Below are positions 1 to 8,253 of a stretch of 32,000 nt of DNA, one piece after another. Every line of letters begins with the position of its first letter. Positions within the stretch are counted from its first letter, which is position 1. Location of the stretch: positions 660,001 through 692,000 of the forward strand of contig JANQMZ010000007.1 of the NCBI GenBank assembly GCA_028279805.1, in the 5' to 3' direction. This DNA comes from an archaeon (GTDB taxonomy: Archaea; Iainarchaeota; Iainarchaeia; Iainarchaeales; JANQMZ01). Below the pieces are notes generated by a model. It did not search any database. It was given only the letters and a program-made list of their open reading frames with translations, and was not told the origin of the DNA. The position numbers and the translations under genes are program-made.

Positions 1-420
1 AAATCTTACAGGGAACAAACAAGCCCTGATTTTGGCAACATAAAACTTTCAACATTAAAATATGATGCAAGCAACGGAAAAGAGTTTTTTATTTCACTGG
101 AAGACAAAAAAACCGATACCTTGTTCGGTTTTTGCAGGTTAAGAATTTTGCCTCAAAATGTTAAAACGTTTGGTTCTTTTGATTCCATTATTCGTGAATT
201 AAGAATTTTTGGAGAATCCCTGTCCATAGGCTCAAGAAATGAAAAAGCCTCACAGCACAAGGGAATGGGCGTTAAACTGGTAAAAGAAGCGGAAAAAATA
301 GCAAAAGAAGACTTTGATTCAAAGGAGATTGCGGTTATTGCCGGCTTGGGTGTTAAAGAGTATTACAGAAAATTTTTTAATTTTGAAAACTCGGGTTTTT
401 TGATGTCAAAAAGGATTTAA
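1..420 (+). CDS. elp3: Elp3-family tRNA U34 modification enzyme, C-terminal GNAT part (5' end cut by the window edge)
   Basis: Frame +1 is open from nt 1 to the stop at 418-420, so the ORF-track start at 121 is internal. The blocks FGFCRLRI, RELRIFGESLSIG, QHKGMGVKLVKEAEKIAKE and IAVIAGLGVKEYYRKF match the conserved C-terminal acetyltransferase region of Elp3. Confidence 0.8.
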   Translation, partial: KSYREQTSPDFGNIKLSTLKYDASNGKEFFISLEDKKTDTLFGFCRLRILPQNVKTFGSFDSIIRELRIFGESLSIGSRNEKASQHKGMGVKLVKEAEKIAKEDFDSKEIAVIAGLGVKEYYRKFFNFENSGFLMSKRI

Positions 421-446
421 TATTTTTCAACCTGTTTTTTTGCACA

Positions 447-803
447 ATGTTTGAAATTTTTATAGCCATTATTGTACTTTTAATAATAATAATTTTTTTT
501 CTTTTTTTAAATTTTCAGAAAACAAAAAAAGAACTTTCTGATTTAAAATTTTTAAAATCCTCCCAGTCTGTCAAATATGGAAAAATAACTGAACAATGGA
601 TGCCTTTTTTGGAGTCTTTTCCTTATGATCCGGGAAATTTCAGGTTTTTGGGTTCTCCTATTGACGGAGTTGCTTTTAATGAAGATAAAATTATTTTTTT
701 GGAATTCAAATTTTCAGGTTCACAGCTTAACAAAAAGCAAAAAAAAGTTAAAGAATTAGTTAAAGACAAAAAAGTTGAATGGAAGGAAATCAGAATCAAT
801 TAA
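447..803 (+). CDS. Membrane-anchored endonuclease distantly related to archaeal Holliday junction resolvase (COG4741 / Endonuc_Holl-like)
   Basis: 118 aa. An N-terminal hydrophobic helix (IFIAIIVLLIIIIFFLFL) is followed by GKITEQWMPFLESFPYDPGNFRFLGSPIDGVAF...IIFLEFKFSGSQLNKKQKKVKELV...VEWKEIRI, the pattern recalled for this family. Confidence 0.6.
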   Translation: MFEIFIAIIVLLIIIIFFLFLNFQKTKKELSDLKFLKSSQSVKYGKITEQWMPFLESFPYDPGNFRFLGSPIDGVAFNEDKIIFLEFKFSGSQLNKKQKKVKELVKDKKVEWKEIRIN

Positions 804-2365
804 CATTCATATGTTCTGTCTTTTTTTCCTTTTTTTAAATTATTAACTGCAAGTTTGATAAGTTTTTGTCCTCCTGGTGTAGGATATTCTCCTGTCAGGC
901 AGGCAGTACATAATTCTTTTTTTGGTTTTCCTATTGCTTTAACCAGATCTTCAACTGTCTGGTAAATTAATGAATCTGCTTTCAGATATTTTCTTATTTT
1001 TTCAATTAGTTTTGGGTTGCGCTCTTTTAATGCTTTTACCATTTCATCCGGTTTTCTGTAACGGTTTGCAACAAGTTCATTTAATGTACTCATGTCTATT
1101 CCGTAAAAGCACGGATACATTATGGGCGGACAGCAAACTCTTAAGTGAACTTCTTTTGCTCCTCCGCTTTTAATATGTTCAACAAGCATTTTTGAAGTTG
1201 TTCCCCTTACAACACTGTCATCCACTAAAAACACTTTTTTGCCTTTCAAAACGCTTTTATTTAAAATAAACTTGTTTTTTACTTTTGCTGCTCTTTCGCT
1301 TGGTTCAATAAATGTTCTTCCCACAGACCTGTTTCTTATCAGCCCTTCCATTGAAGGCAAACCCAATTCCAATGCAAATGCGTCTGCTGCCGGTTTTGCA
1401 GTGTCCGGTGCGGGCACAACAATATATTCATCTGAATTAACTTTTTCTGTTTCTCTTTTTGCAAGATTTTTGCCCAGATTCCATCTTACTTTGTAAACTT
1501 CTTCTCCGTCAATTTTTGATGAAACGTTTGCAAAATAAACCCATTCAAACATGCAGTGTGCTGTTTTTTTGTTTTTTGCATATCTTTTTTTTTCAAATCC
1601 TGACCCGTTGAATAAAATCATTTCTCCCGGCTTAACATCTTTCATTTTTTCCACTCCGACGCTTGCCAGTGCCACTGATTCGCTTGCAGCCATTGCCGCA
1701 TGCCCGTTTTTTCCAAAAATAAGAGGGCGGAATCCGATTGGATCCCGGGATATTGCAACCTGCCCATCCGCATTAATAAAATTAATATTGTATGCTCCGT
1801 CCAATTCTCTTGAAAGAGAATTAAAAACATCTTTTAATGATTTTTTTTTGTCTCCAACAAATTCTTTTGAAATGTAATGCATTAATAATTCCGTGTCAGT
1901 TTGCCTCACCAGATGATATTGTTTTTTTTTAAGCCTTGTTTTTAAATCAGAATAATTTGCTATATTCCCGTTTAATCCGAAGGAAAACCATTTCCATTTT
2001 CTTCCATGCTGCCTTTCAAAAGGCTGTGCATAATCGGATTCATTTTTTCCTGATGTGGCATAACGCACATGCCCTATGCCCTTGCTTCCTTTCATTTTTG
2101 CAACAATGCTTTTGTTTTTTCCTTCATGATGTGTTTTAAAAACCTGGTTAACCAGTCCCAAACCTTTATGGGTTTTTATCAACCTGTCTCTTTCAGAATT
2201 ATATGTTGTTATTCCTGCACTTAATTGTCCTCTGTTTTGCTGTTGTAACAACAATCCGTACAAATAGTGTGTAGCCCAGCTTTTTGGCCATTTTTTTTCG
2301 GGGCCAAAAAGGCTTACTGCAGCCAAACCACAATTATGGTGTAAGTCTTCCATAAAAAGCCACAT
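800..2365 (-). CDS. purF: Amidophosphoribosyltransferase (glutamine-PRPP amidotransferase)
   Basis: 521 aa. It has an Ntn-type Cys after a short propeptide (HHNCGLAAV), the PRPP loop VFLVDDSVVRGTTS, and the CCPPIMYPCFYGIDMS block typical of PurF. The start could be the second Met at 2353. Confidence 0.9.
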   Translation of the reverse strand: MWLFMEDLHHNCGLAAVSLFGPEKKWPKSWATHYLYGLLLQQQNRGQLSAGITTYNSERDRLIKTHKGLGLVNQVFKTHHEGKNKSIVAKMKGSKGIGHVRYATSGKNESDYAQPFERQHGRKWKWFSFGLNGNIANYSDLKTRLKKKQYHLVRQTDTELLMHYISKEFVGDKKKSLKDVFNSLSRELDGAYNINFINADGQVAISRDPIGFRPLIFGKNGHAAMAASESVALASVGVEKMKDVKPGEMILFNGSGFEKKRYAKNKKTAHCMFEWVYFANVSSKIDGEEVYKVRWNLGKNLAKRETEKVNSDEYIVVPAPDTAKPAADAFALELGLPSMEGLIRNRSVGRTFIEPSERAAKVKNKFILNKSVLKGKKVFLVDDSVVRGTTSKMLVEHIKSGGAKEVHLRVCCPPIMYPCFYGIDMSTLNELVANRYRKPDEMVKALKERNPKLIEKIRKYLKADSLIYQTVEDLVKAIGKPKKELCTACLTGEYPTPGGQKLIKLAVNNLKKGKKDRTYEC

Positions 2366-2397
2366 ATGATTCTGCTTGGAAAAGCTTTAAAGACTGC

Positions 2398-3438
2398 TTA
2401 CGATATTTTGAATCTTAACAGGGCGGCAATGCTTCCAAGGCTTTCCAGTTTTTTTCCGGCTTCATTTTTTGAATTGATTATGTGCACATTTGAGTTTTTT
2501 TTCTCGGATTCTGCCATTATTTTTTGCACGGTTTCATTTTTTTTCAAAAAATATTTATCGGAAACAATTAATGTTTCAATTGCTCCCAAATTGTTTGCGT
2601 TTTCCACATCTTTTAATCCGTAAACGTATAATCCTGATTGTTTTCCTATTTCTATGAAAAGTTTTTCAACAAGCTTTGTTTCTCTTAACAATTCCATGTC
2701 TTTTACAACGGAACTTATTTGTTTTCCCTGTAATAACTCGTTTATTCCCGGGGTTCCGGTTGAACCTATTGCAAATGAATAAATTTTTGCTTCAAAATTG
2801 TTTTCTTTAAAATATTCATTTAATTCTTCTCTCATAAAACCCGGCCCGGCCATTATGACTTTTTTTGGTTTTGTTTCATTTGTTTTGCTTAATATTTGTT
2901 TAAAGTATTCATGTTTCCAGTTTAATTCTTTAAACTGTTTTCCCTGTTTTTTTGACCTGATGTTTGCTTTTTCCTGCACTCCGAATTCTTTTAAAATGTA
3001 AAAATATGCCGATTCATCATCCAAGATTATTACAAACAATGGTTCTTTGTGTGTTGCTTTTTCTGCTTTTTTTATTCTTTCAATGTGAAAATTTTTCCAT
3101 TCTTTTTTTATTATTTCAAGTTTTTGCCCTTTTTCAACATCCAAGCTATGATATACTCCTAATTCTGTTAATTCTTCCGGCTTTCCCCATGTTATTTTTC
3201 CGTTAATATTCAAAGATTCTCCTGTTTCCCTGTATTCAATGCTTTCAACTTCTATTTGAACAAACATTTTTTCCCTGATTGTTTTTTCTCCTTCCTCTTT
3301 TCCTTTTATTTTCCTCGAAGTTTTACCTTTAACCAAATCTCCTTTTTCTATTATTCTTTCCAGGTGCCAAAAATCGTCCAGTGTTTCAGGTCTTAGAATT
3401 ATTTTTTTTTCTTTTTGGCTTGTTTTTAACAATTTCAT
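2398..3438 (-). CDS. pelA: Pelota/Dom34 mRNA surveillance (ribosome rescue) protein
   Basis: 346 aa. The N-terminus ILRPETLDDFWHLERIIEKGDLVKGKTSRK and the eRF1-like middle and C-terminal domains (IMAGPGFMREE, GAIETLIVSD, GSIAALLRF) fit archaeal Pelota. Confidence 0.85.
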   Translation of the reverse strand: MKLLKTSQKEKKIILRPETLDDFWHLERIIEKGDLVKGKTSRKIKGKEEGEKTIREKMFVQIEVESIEYRETGESLNINGKITWGKPEELTELGVYHSLDVEKGQKLEIIKKEWKNFHIERIKKAEKATHKEPLFVIILDDESAYFYILKEFGVQEKANIRSKKQGKQFKELNWKHEYFKQILSKTNETKPKKVIMAGPGFMREELNEYFKENNFEAKIYSFAIGSTGTPGINELLQGKQISSVVKDMELLRETKLVEKLFIEIGKQSGLYVYGLKDVENANNLGAIETLIVSDKYFLKKNETVQKIMAESEKKNSNVHIINSKNEAGKKLESLGSIAALLRFKIS

Positions 3439-3478
3439 ATTATTTTTTTAATGGAAAATTGTTTTAAAGCCGTTCAAA

Positions 3479-4141
3479 TTACCGGCTTTTGAGCCATGTT
3501 AGAATCAGAATTATTGAAACTGCAAATAAAATTATTCCAAGAATAAAAAACAGGTCAAACCCTGTCTGTGTAAGCCCTGCTGTTTGTGTTGCTATTTCGT
3601 TTGTTCCTTCCTGAACAATTTCATCAGTTATAACTTCTTTTGCTGTTTCTTCAGCTGTTTTTGTTGTTGTGTCAGTAATTGCCTCTTCTCCGACAGTTCC
3701 CCCAGCAGTGATATCAATAGTGCCGCTTTCCATGACATTCCCTGTTACATCACCGTCAACGGAGAATTCCGTGCCTGATGTTTGCATGCCTGATTGCGGC
3801 AAAATTCTGTTCACTGATGAATACATGAAAGAAAATGTTCCGAGTACCGCTGCGACAATTGATGACAATAATAAGATTATTTTTTTTCCTCCGCCTCCGA
3901 TTAAATCTTTGCCGCCTGATGTTAATTCATAGTAAACCCATTTGTTTCCGTTTTCTTTTTTTGTGATTAAGTTTTCCTGAACCAGTTTTGCCAGATGTTC
4001 ATGAACTGTGGATTTTGATAATTTGAATTCTGCTGCCAGTTCCGAAACTGTTTTTCTTCTTGAATTTAAAGATTTTAATATTTTTATTCTTGAATCTGAG
4101 GACAAAACCTTCATTGTTTCAGGTGTTATGGCCGGTTCCAT
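3479..4141 (-). CDS. ArsR-type winged-HTH regulator with two C-terminal transmembrane helices
   Basis: 220 aa. The HTH is RIKILKSLNSRRKTVSELAAEFKLSKSTVHEHLAKLVQENLI. Two hydrophobic helices (IILLLSSIVAAVLGTFSFMY and LFFILGIILFAVSIILILTWL) flank an approximately 85-aa T/G/E-rich segment. Confidence 0.7.
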   Translation of the reverse strand: MEPAITPETMKVLSSDSRIKILKSLNSRRKTVSELAAEFKLSKSTVHEHLAKLVQENLITKKENGNKWVYYELTSGGKDLIGGGGKKIILLLSSIVAAVLGTFSFMYSSVNRILPQSGMQTSGTEFSVDGDVTGNVMESGTIDITAGGTVGEEAITDTTTKTAEETAKEVITDEIVQEGTNEIATQTAGLTQTGFDLFFILGIILFAVSIILILTWLKSR

Positions 4142-5024
4142 TAAACAATTTTTTTGGAAAGATTATTTAAGTTTTTTTAAAGCTATTTTTTTGGTGAATT
4201 TAAAAGAATTATTTACAAACAGTCAAAAACTGCAGGAATTAAAACTCAATACTCCTGAAAAGAACTCAATTGAAGCTTTAAACAAGGCTTATCAGTTATC
4301 GCTTGAAGAATCATGCAGGGGAATAAAAAAAGCAGCTGTTTTGTTTTCAGGAGGCATTGATTCTTTTTTTGTTGCAAAAACTTTGACTGAAAAAATTCCT
4401 GACATAAAACTGTTTTGTGCCGGAACCCAAAATTCTTCCGCTTTAAAAAATGCTCAGAATGCCGCCAAAATGCTTGAAAAAGAGCTCATTCAAATTGTTA
4501 TTGATGAAAAAAGCCTGCCTGTTTTGGAAAAAAAAGTTTTTCAAATTCTTAAAACAAAAATGCCCATGCAGCTGTCAATAGGCTTAACAGAATTTGCAGC
4601 CTTGCAGGAAATAAAAAAACATTCTCTGATAAATGTTTTTTGCGGGCAAGGCTCTGATGAAATGTTTTGCGGTTATCAGGAATTCGAAACAATTTTGAAG
4701 CAAAAAGGATTTGACGCGGTTCAAGAAGAATGCTGGAACAAAATTTTTAACATGTTTGAAAGAAACCTGAAAAGAGATTTTGCAATTGCTGACAATTTTT
4801 CATTAAAATTAATTGCCCCATTTTTGCATCCTGATTTTATAAAACAGGCAATGGCTTTTCCTGCGGAAGAAAAAATTTTATCACCTGAAGACGAATTAAG
4901 AAAGCATCCGATTAGAAAACTGGCAAAACTTTATAATGTTCCTGAAGACATTGTTAATAAAAGAAAAAAAGCAATGCAATACGATTCAGGCGTTGCCAAT
5001 GCTTTAAAAAAAATTAACGGCTAG
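4128..5024 (+). CDS. Asparagine synthetase-like PP-loop ATP pyrophosphatase (synthetase domain only, no glutaminase domain)
   Basis: The PP-loop AAVLFSGGIDSFFVA and the GQGSDEMFCGYQEF block are as in the AsnB C-terminal domain. The ORF-track start at 4008 overlaps the divergent regulator gene by 134 nt. In-frame ATG 4128 or GTG 4194 is more plausible, so the start is uncertain. Confidence 0.6.
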   Translation: MAGSIKQFFWKDYLSFFKAIFLVNLKELFTNSQKLQELKLNTPEKNSIEALNKAYQLSLEESCRGIKKAAVLFSGGIDSFFVAKTLTEKIPDIKLFCAGTQNSSALKNAQNAAKMLEKELIQIVIDEKSLPVLEKKVFQILKTKMPMQLSIGLTEFAALQEIKKHSLINVFCGQGSDEMFCGYQEFETILKQKGFDAVQEECWNKIFNMFERNLKRDFAIADNFSLKLIAPFLHPDFIKQAMAFPAEEKILSPEDELRKHPIRKLAKLYNVPEDIVNKRKKAMQYDSGVANALKKING

Positions 5025-5499
5025 CTTCAGTTTCCCCTGAAAAAACATCTGTAACATTGCAGTTTCCTGAAACACTTTTTCTCGAATTTGCTGTTTCCTC
5101 ATAAAAAACATCAAGCTTTTCTCCCAAATTTGTTGAACATGAAACATTATACAAAACATTAACTGTTGCTCCCGGAGAAACATTCAAACCGGAATAATTA
5201 CAGTTAACCCCCTGTTCTTTCAAATCATTTATAACATTGTCATAATATTGCGTTATCATATTTGAAACATTTGAATTGACATTACAGCCATTAGGTTCAG
5301 CATGATCCAGAATTGCGTCACTTGTTGTTCTGTCCAGTAAAATTTTTGTTGAAAAAACCTGTTTTTTTGATTCAAGAATAATGCTGGAATAAGCACTTGT
5401 ATCATTTAAAGTCTGGGTCATGCTGTTCATTGTTATAAGTGTGGCTAATACAAGCAGGGCTCCTGCCCCGATTAAAAGCGTGTAACTTCCTTTTTTCAT
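5014..5499 (-). CDS. Pilin-like / signal-anchored secreted protein (fourth gene of pilin-like cluster 1)
   Basis: 161 aa. The N-terminus MKKGSYTLLIGAGALLVLATLI (basic residues, Gly, hydrophobic helix) is followed by an N/S/T-rich soluble part with 4 Cys. The gene directly abuts the upstream gene (5499/5500). Confidence 0.5.
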   Translation of the reverse strand: MKKGSYTLLIGAGALLVLATLITMNSMTQTLNDTSAYSSIILESKKQVFSTKILLDRTTSDAILDHAEPNGCNVNSNVSNMITQYYDNVINDLKEQGVNCNYSGLNVSPGATVNVLYNVSCSTNLGEKLDVFYEETANSRKSVSGNCNVTDVFSGETEASR

Positions 5500-5787
5500 T
5501 CATTCACCACAGTATAATTTTGCTTCAAAGCCCTGGTATCCCGTTCCGCTTGCGTTATTGTAAACAAATGCTTTTCCGCAGTAATATGTTTCAGCTTCAC
5601 TTGTTTTTTTTTCTGAAATTTTTGAATAGTAGCCCATAAAAGCATCATCTGATTGTTTTTTCACTGTTGATTCAAATTCTGAATTTTTTGACTGAATATT
5701 AACCGCAAATAAGGACAAAACAATTGCAACCATTATCAGTGCAACAATTGCATCAATTGTAAAAATCATTCCTTTTTTCATTTCCAC
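5500..5787 (-). CDS. Type IV pilin-like protein (class III signal peptide-like N-terminus)
   Basis: 95 aa with N-terminus MEMKKG/MIFTIDAIVALIMVAIVLSLF. It overlaps the upstream gene by 10 nt. Confidence 0.55.
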   Translation of the reverse strand: MEMKKGMIFTIDAIVALIMVAIVLSLFAVNIQSKNSEFESTVKKQSDDAFMGYYSKISEKKTSEAETYYCGKAFVYNNASGTGYQGFEAKLYCGE

Positions 5788-6266
5788 ACCTTTAAAGTCA
5801 TTTCAGTTTGAGGCAATGCACACGTTCCGCCATAAATGCATTGCATTAAAACAGATTTTGAAACAGAGCCTGATGCTGTTAAAACTTTTCTTTTTTCCGA
5901 ATAAATATTTTCAGCGTTTAGCGGATTTGACGAGCCTCTTGTTCCGCCGCTCCATGTCAGTCGCCATTCATATTCTTCGGGAATTCCTAAAACATTTTCA
6001 ACCTCTGAATCAGTGCCAATGTTTTGAAGATTAATACAGTTTGCAATTTTATAATTTTGCTGTGCTATTTCACAGTTTATTGAATTTGACGAAACAAGAT
6101 TTTCAGAGGCAGCAGAACCAACACTTTTTAATTCCCTAAAAATGTTTTCCTGTTTTTTTTCATAGGAATTTCCTTCAACAAACTGAACAAGCAGGCCTAA
6201 TGCAATAACAATTAATCCTATTGAAATCAAAAAGTCTAATGAAATAATTTGCCCTTTTTTATTCAA
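5778..6266 (-). CDS. Type IV pilin-like protein (class III signal peptide)
   Basis: 162 aa with N-terminus MNKKG/QIISLDFLISIGLIVIALGLLV and 4 Cys in the soluble part. Its start overlaps the upstream stop by 4 nt. Confidence 0.6.
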   Translation of the reverse strand: MNKKGQIISLDFLISIGLIVIALGLLVQFVEGNSYEKKQENIFRELKSVGSAASENLVSSNSINCEIAQQNYKIANCINLQNIGTDSEVENVLGIPEEYEWRLTWSGGTRGSSNPLNAENIYSEKRKVLTASGSVSKSVLMQCIYGGTCALPQTEMTLKVWK

Positions 6267-6652
6267 ATATTTGCCACCTCAAGTGTTTGTCCGCAGGCAG
6301 AATTTGAAATGTTTACATTTGGTTTTCTGAATGGAATTTCTTCCGAAATATTTCCCGATGTTATAATTATTTTACTGTTTTGAATGTCAACAGAACAATC
6401 AATTTTTTCAGAGCCAGGAGTGGAAATGTAAGGCACTTTGAATTTTATTGTAAAATTTTCACCTTCAAGAGAACGTGCACTTGAAACTATTTCGCTTATG
6501 CTTAACGCAATATTTTTTTGCTGAAATCTTATGCTTGTTTCTCCCTGGTTTAACTGAAAATCGGTTAAAGTTGTCTGCAAAAACCAGGCTATTGCAATAA
6601 AGCCCAGAATTGCCATTAAAAAATCAAAACTAATTTGCCCTTTTTTTTTCAT
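6263..6652 (-). CDS. Type IV pilin-like protein (class III signal peptide)
   Basis: 129 aa with N-terminus MKKKG/QISFDFLMAILGFIAIAWFL. The soluble part shares a block (SEKIDCSVDI) with the 163-aa protein at 23290-23781 (KSSIDCDVLG). Confidence 0.6.
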   Translation of the reverse strand: MKKKGQISFDFLMAILGFIAIAWFLQTTLTDFQLNQGETSIRFQQKNIALSISEIVSSARSLEGENFTIKFKVPYISTPGSEKIDCSVDIQNSKIIITSGNISEEIPFRKPNVNISNSACGQTLEVANI

Positions 6653-6684
6653 GTTAAAATTTGGAATAATCAGTATTTAATCAT

Positions 6685-7884
6685 TTAGGCGCCTAAAAGC
6701 TCTGCTTTTCCTGAAAGATTCATTATTTCAGGCATTATCTGCATTCCGATAATTCTGTGCAATCCGCCTTTTGCACAACTCCTCTCCCCAAATTCTTTAA
6801 CCGAATCTGTTCTTACCCCCGGACCGCAAAAAACTATGGGCACCGGATCCCCTGAATGTGCTTTTAATTCGCATGGTGTTGAATGGTCTGCAGTAACAAC
6901 AATCAGCGTGTTTTTTAATCCTGTCAAAACTTCTGCTGCTTTGTCAATTTTTTCAATAAATTCTTTTTTTGCTTTTGCATCCCCGTTTTCCCCGCATAAA
7001 TCCGTTCCTTTTATGTGCACAAAAACAAAATCATTTTCTTTTAATGCTTTTATTGCTGAATCAAATTTTGCATCAATATTTGTATCAAGTTTTCCGGTTG
7101 CTTCTTTAACATCAACAATTTTCATTCCGATAGCCTTTGATATTCCTTTGTATAATCCTGCGCCTGCAACACAAACAGATTTTAATCCGTATTTTTCCTG
7201 CATTGAAGGAATTTCCAAAAACTCTCCGGCGCCCCGTGTTAACAAATAATTTGCTTTTAATTTTCTTTTTTTATTTTCTGAATGTTTTTCCAGAATTTTA
7301 TGGGTTTTTTCCAAAAATTGGTTTAAAATTCGGGCTGTAAATTCTGCTTCTTCACTTTCATCCAATGCTTTTACTTTTAAAACATTTTTTTCAGTTTCAT
7401 GCGGGTCAGAATCGCTTATGTTTGGACTTAATTTTTTGCCACGCATTACAATTGCAACCCTGTGTCCTGTTCCTGCTTTTACAATAAATTCAATTCCTTC
7501 GATTTTTATTCCCTGTAATTCTTTTTCAAATAATTTGCTTTCAATTCTTCCGGCTCTTCTGTCTTTAATTGTTCCATTTTCAACTGTTCCAAGATTTGCT
7601 CTTAATGCAACATCTCCTTTTTTTAAATCAAGTCCTATGCCCAATGCTTCAAAAGGTCCTCTTCCTGAATAATATTCGTTAATATTGTATCCAAATATTG
7701 ACAAATGTGAAACATCTGAACCGGGCCTCACAGGAAAAATTATTGAATTCATTAAACCATTGATTCCCCTTTCAGCCAGTTTATCCAGATTAGGTGTTTT
7801 TGCTTCTTCAAGCGGAGTTTTTCCTCTGAATTCTTTTATTGGCCTGTCCCCAATTCCGTCACATATAACAAGTAAGGTTTTCAT
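6685..7884 (-). CDS. apgM: Cofactor-independent phosphoglycerate mutase, archaeal type
   Basis: 399 aa. The motifs are MKTLLVICDGIGDRP, TPNLDKLA, PGSDVSHLSIFGY, GRGPFEALGIG, VHIKGTDLCGENGD and TADHSTP. Confidence 0.9.
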   Translation of the reverse strand: MKTLLVICDGIGDRPIKEFRGKTPLEEAKTPNLDKLAERGINGLMNSIIFPVRPGSDVSHLSIFGYNINEYYSGRGPFEALGIGLDLKKGDVALRANLGTVENGTIKDRRAGRIESKLFEKELQGIKIEGIEFIVKAGTGHRVAIVMRGKKLSPNISDSDPHETEKNVLKVKALDESEEAEFTARILNQFLEKTHKILEKHSENKKRKLKANYLLTRGAGEFLEIPSMQEKYGLKSVCVAGAGLYKGISKAIGMKIVDVKEATGKLDTNIDAKFDSAIKALKENDFVFVHIKGTDLCGENGDAKAKKEFIEKIDKAAEVLTGLKNTLIVVTADHSTPCELKAHSGDPVPIVFCGPGVRTDSVKEFGERSCAKGGLHRIIGMQIMPEIMNLSGKAELLGA

Positions 7885-8252
7885 TTTACAACCCAGTTAA
7901 TTTCTTTGCCATTTGTGTCATACAAAGCGCAGCTATCCAAATTAAAGGGGTATGCAATTATTAAATGTATTTTTCCCGTTTTTTTAAAAGTGCTTAAATC
8001 TGCTCTTGAAGGCCGGTTATTCGGGGTCGGATGGGAATGAACGCTGCCCAAAATGGTTTTGTCTATGGGAATTTTTCCAAGTTCAAAATGAACAAGTTCT
8101 TTTCCGTAACTTGCCGGAATTACAACAAATTCGTCAACAAAATTGTTTTTCTGAGTACTCCCTAGTAATGCTAAAAATTCTCGTGGATACGTGTTTTTTG
8201 CCGCTTCAAACAAATCTTCAATTATTTCTTTTTTAAATTCAATCATGTTCAA
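7881..8252 (-). CDS. JAMM/MPN+ metalloprotease (Mov34/PAD-1 family)
   Basis: 123 aa. An upstream Glu (YPREF) and HSHPTPNNRPSRAD give the JAMM motif HxH-x7-S-xx-D. The stop overlaps the apgM start by 4 nt. Confidence 0.8.
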   Translation of the reverse strand: MNMIEFKKEIIEDLFEAAKNTYPREFLALLGSTQKNNFVDEFVVIPASYGKELVHFELGKIPIDKTILGSVHSHPTPNNRPSRADLSTFKKTGKIHLIIAYPFNLDSCALYDTNGKEINWVVK

Positions 8253-8253
8253 A

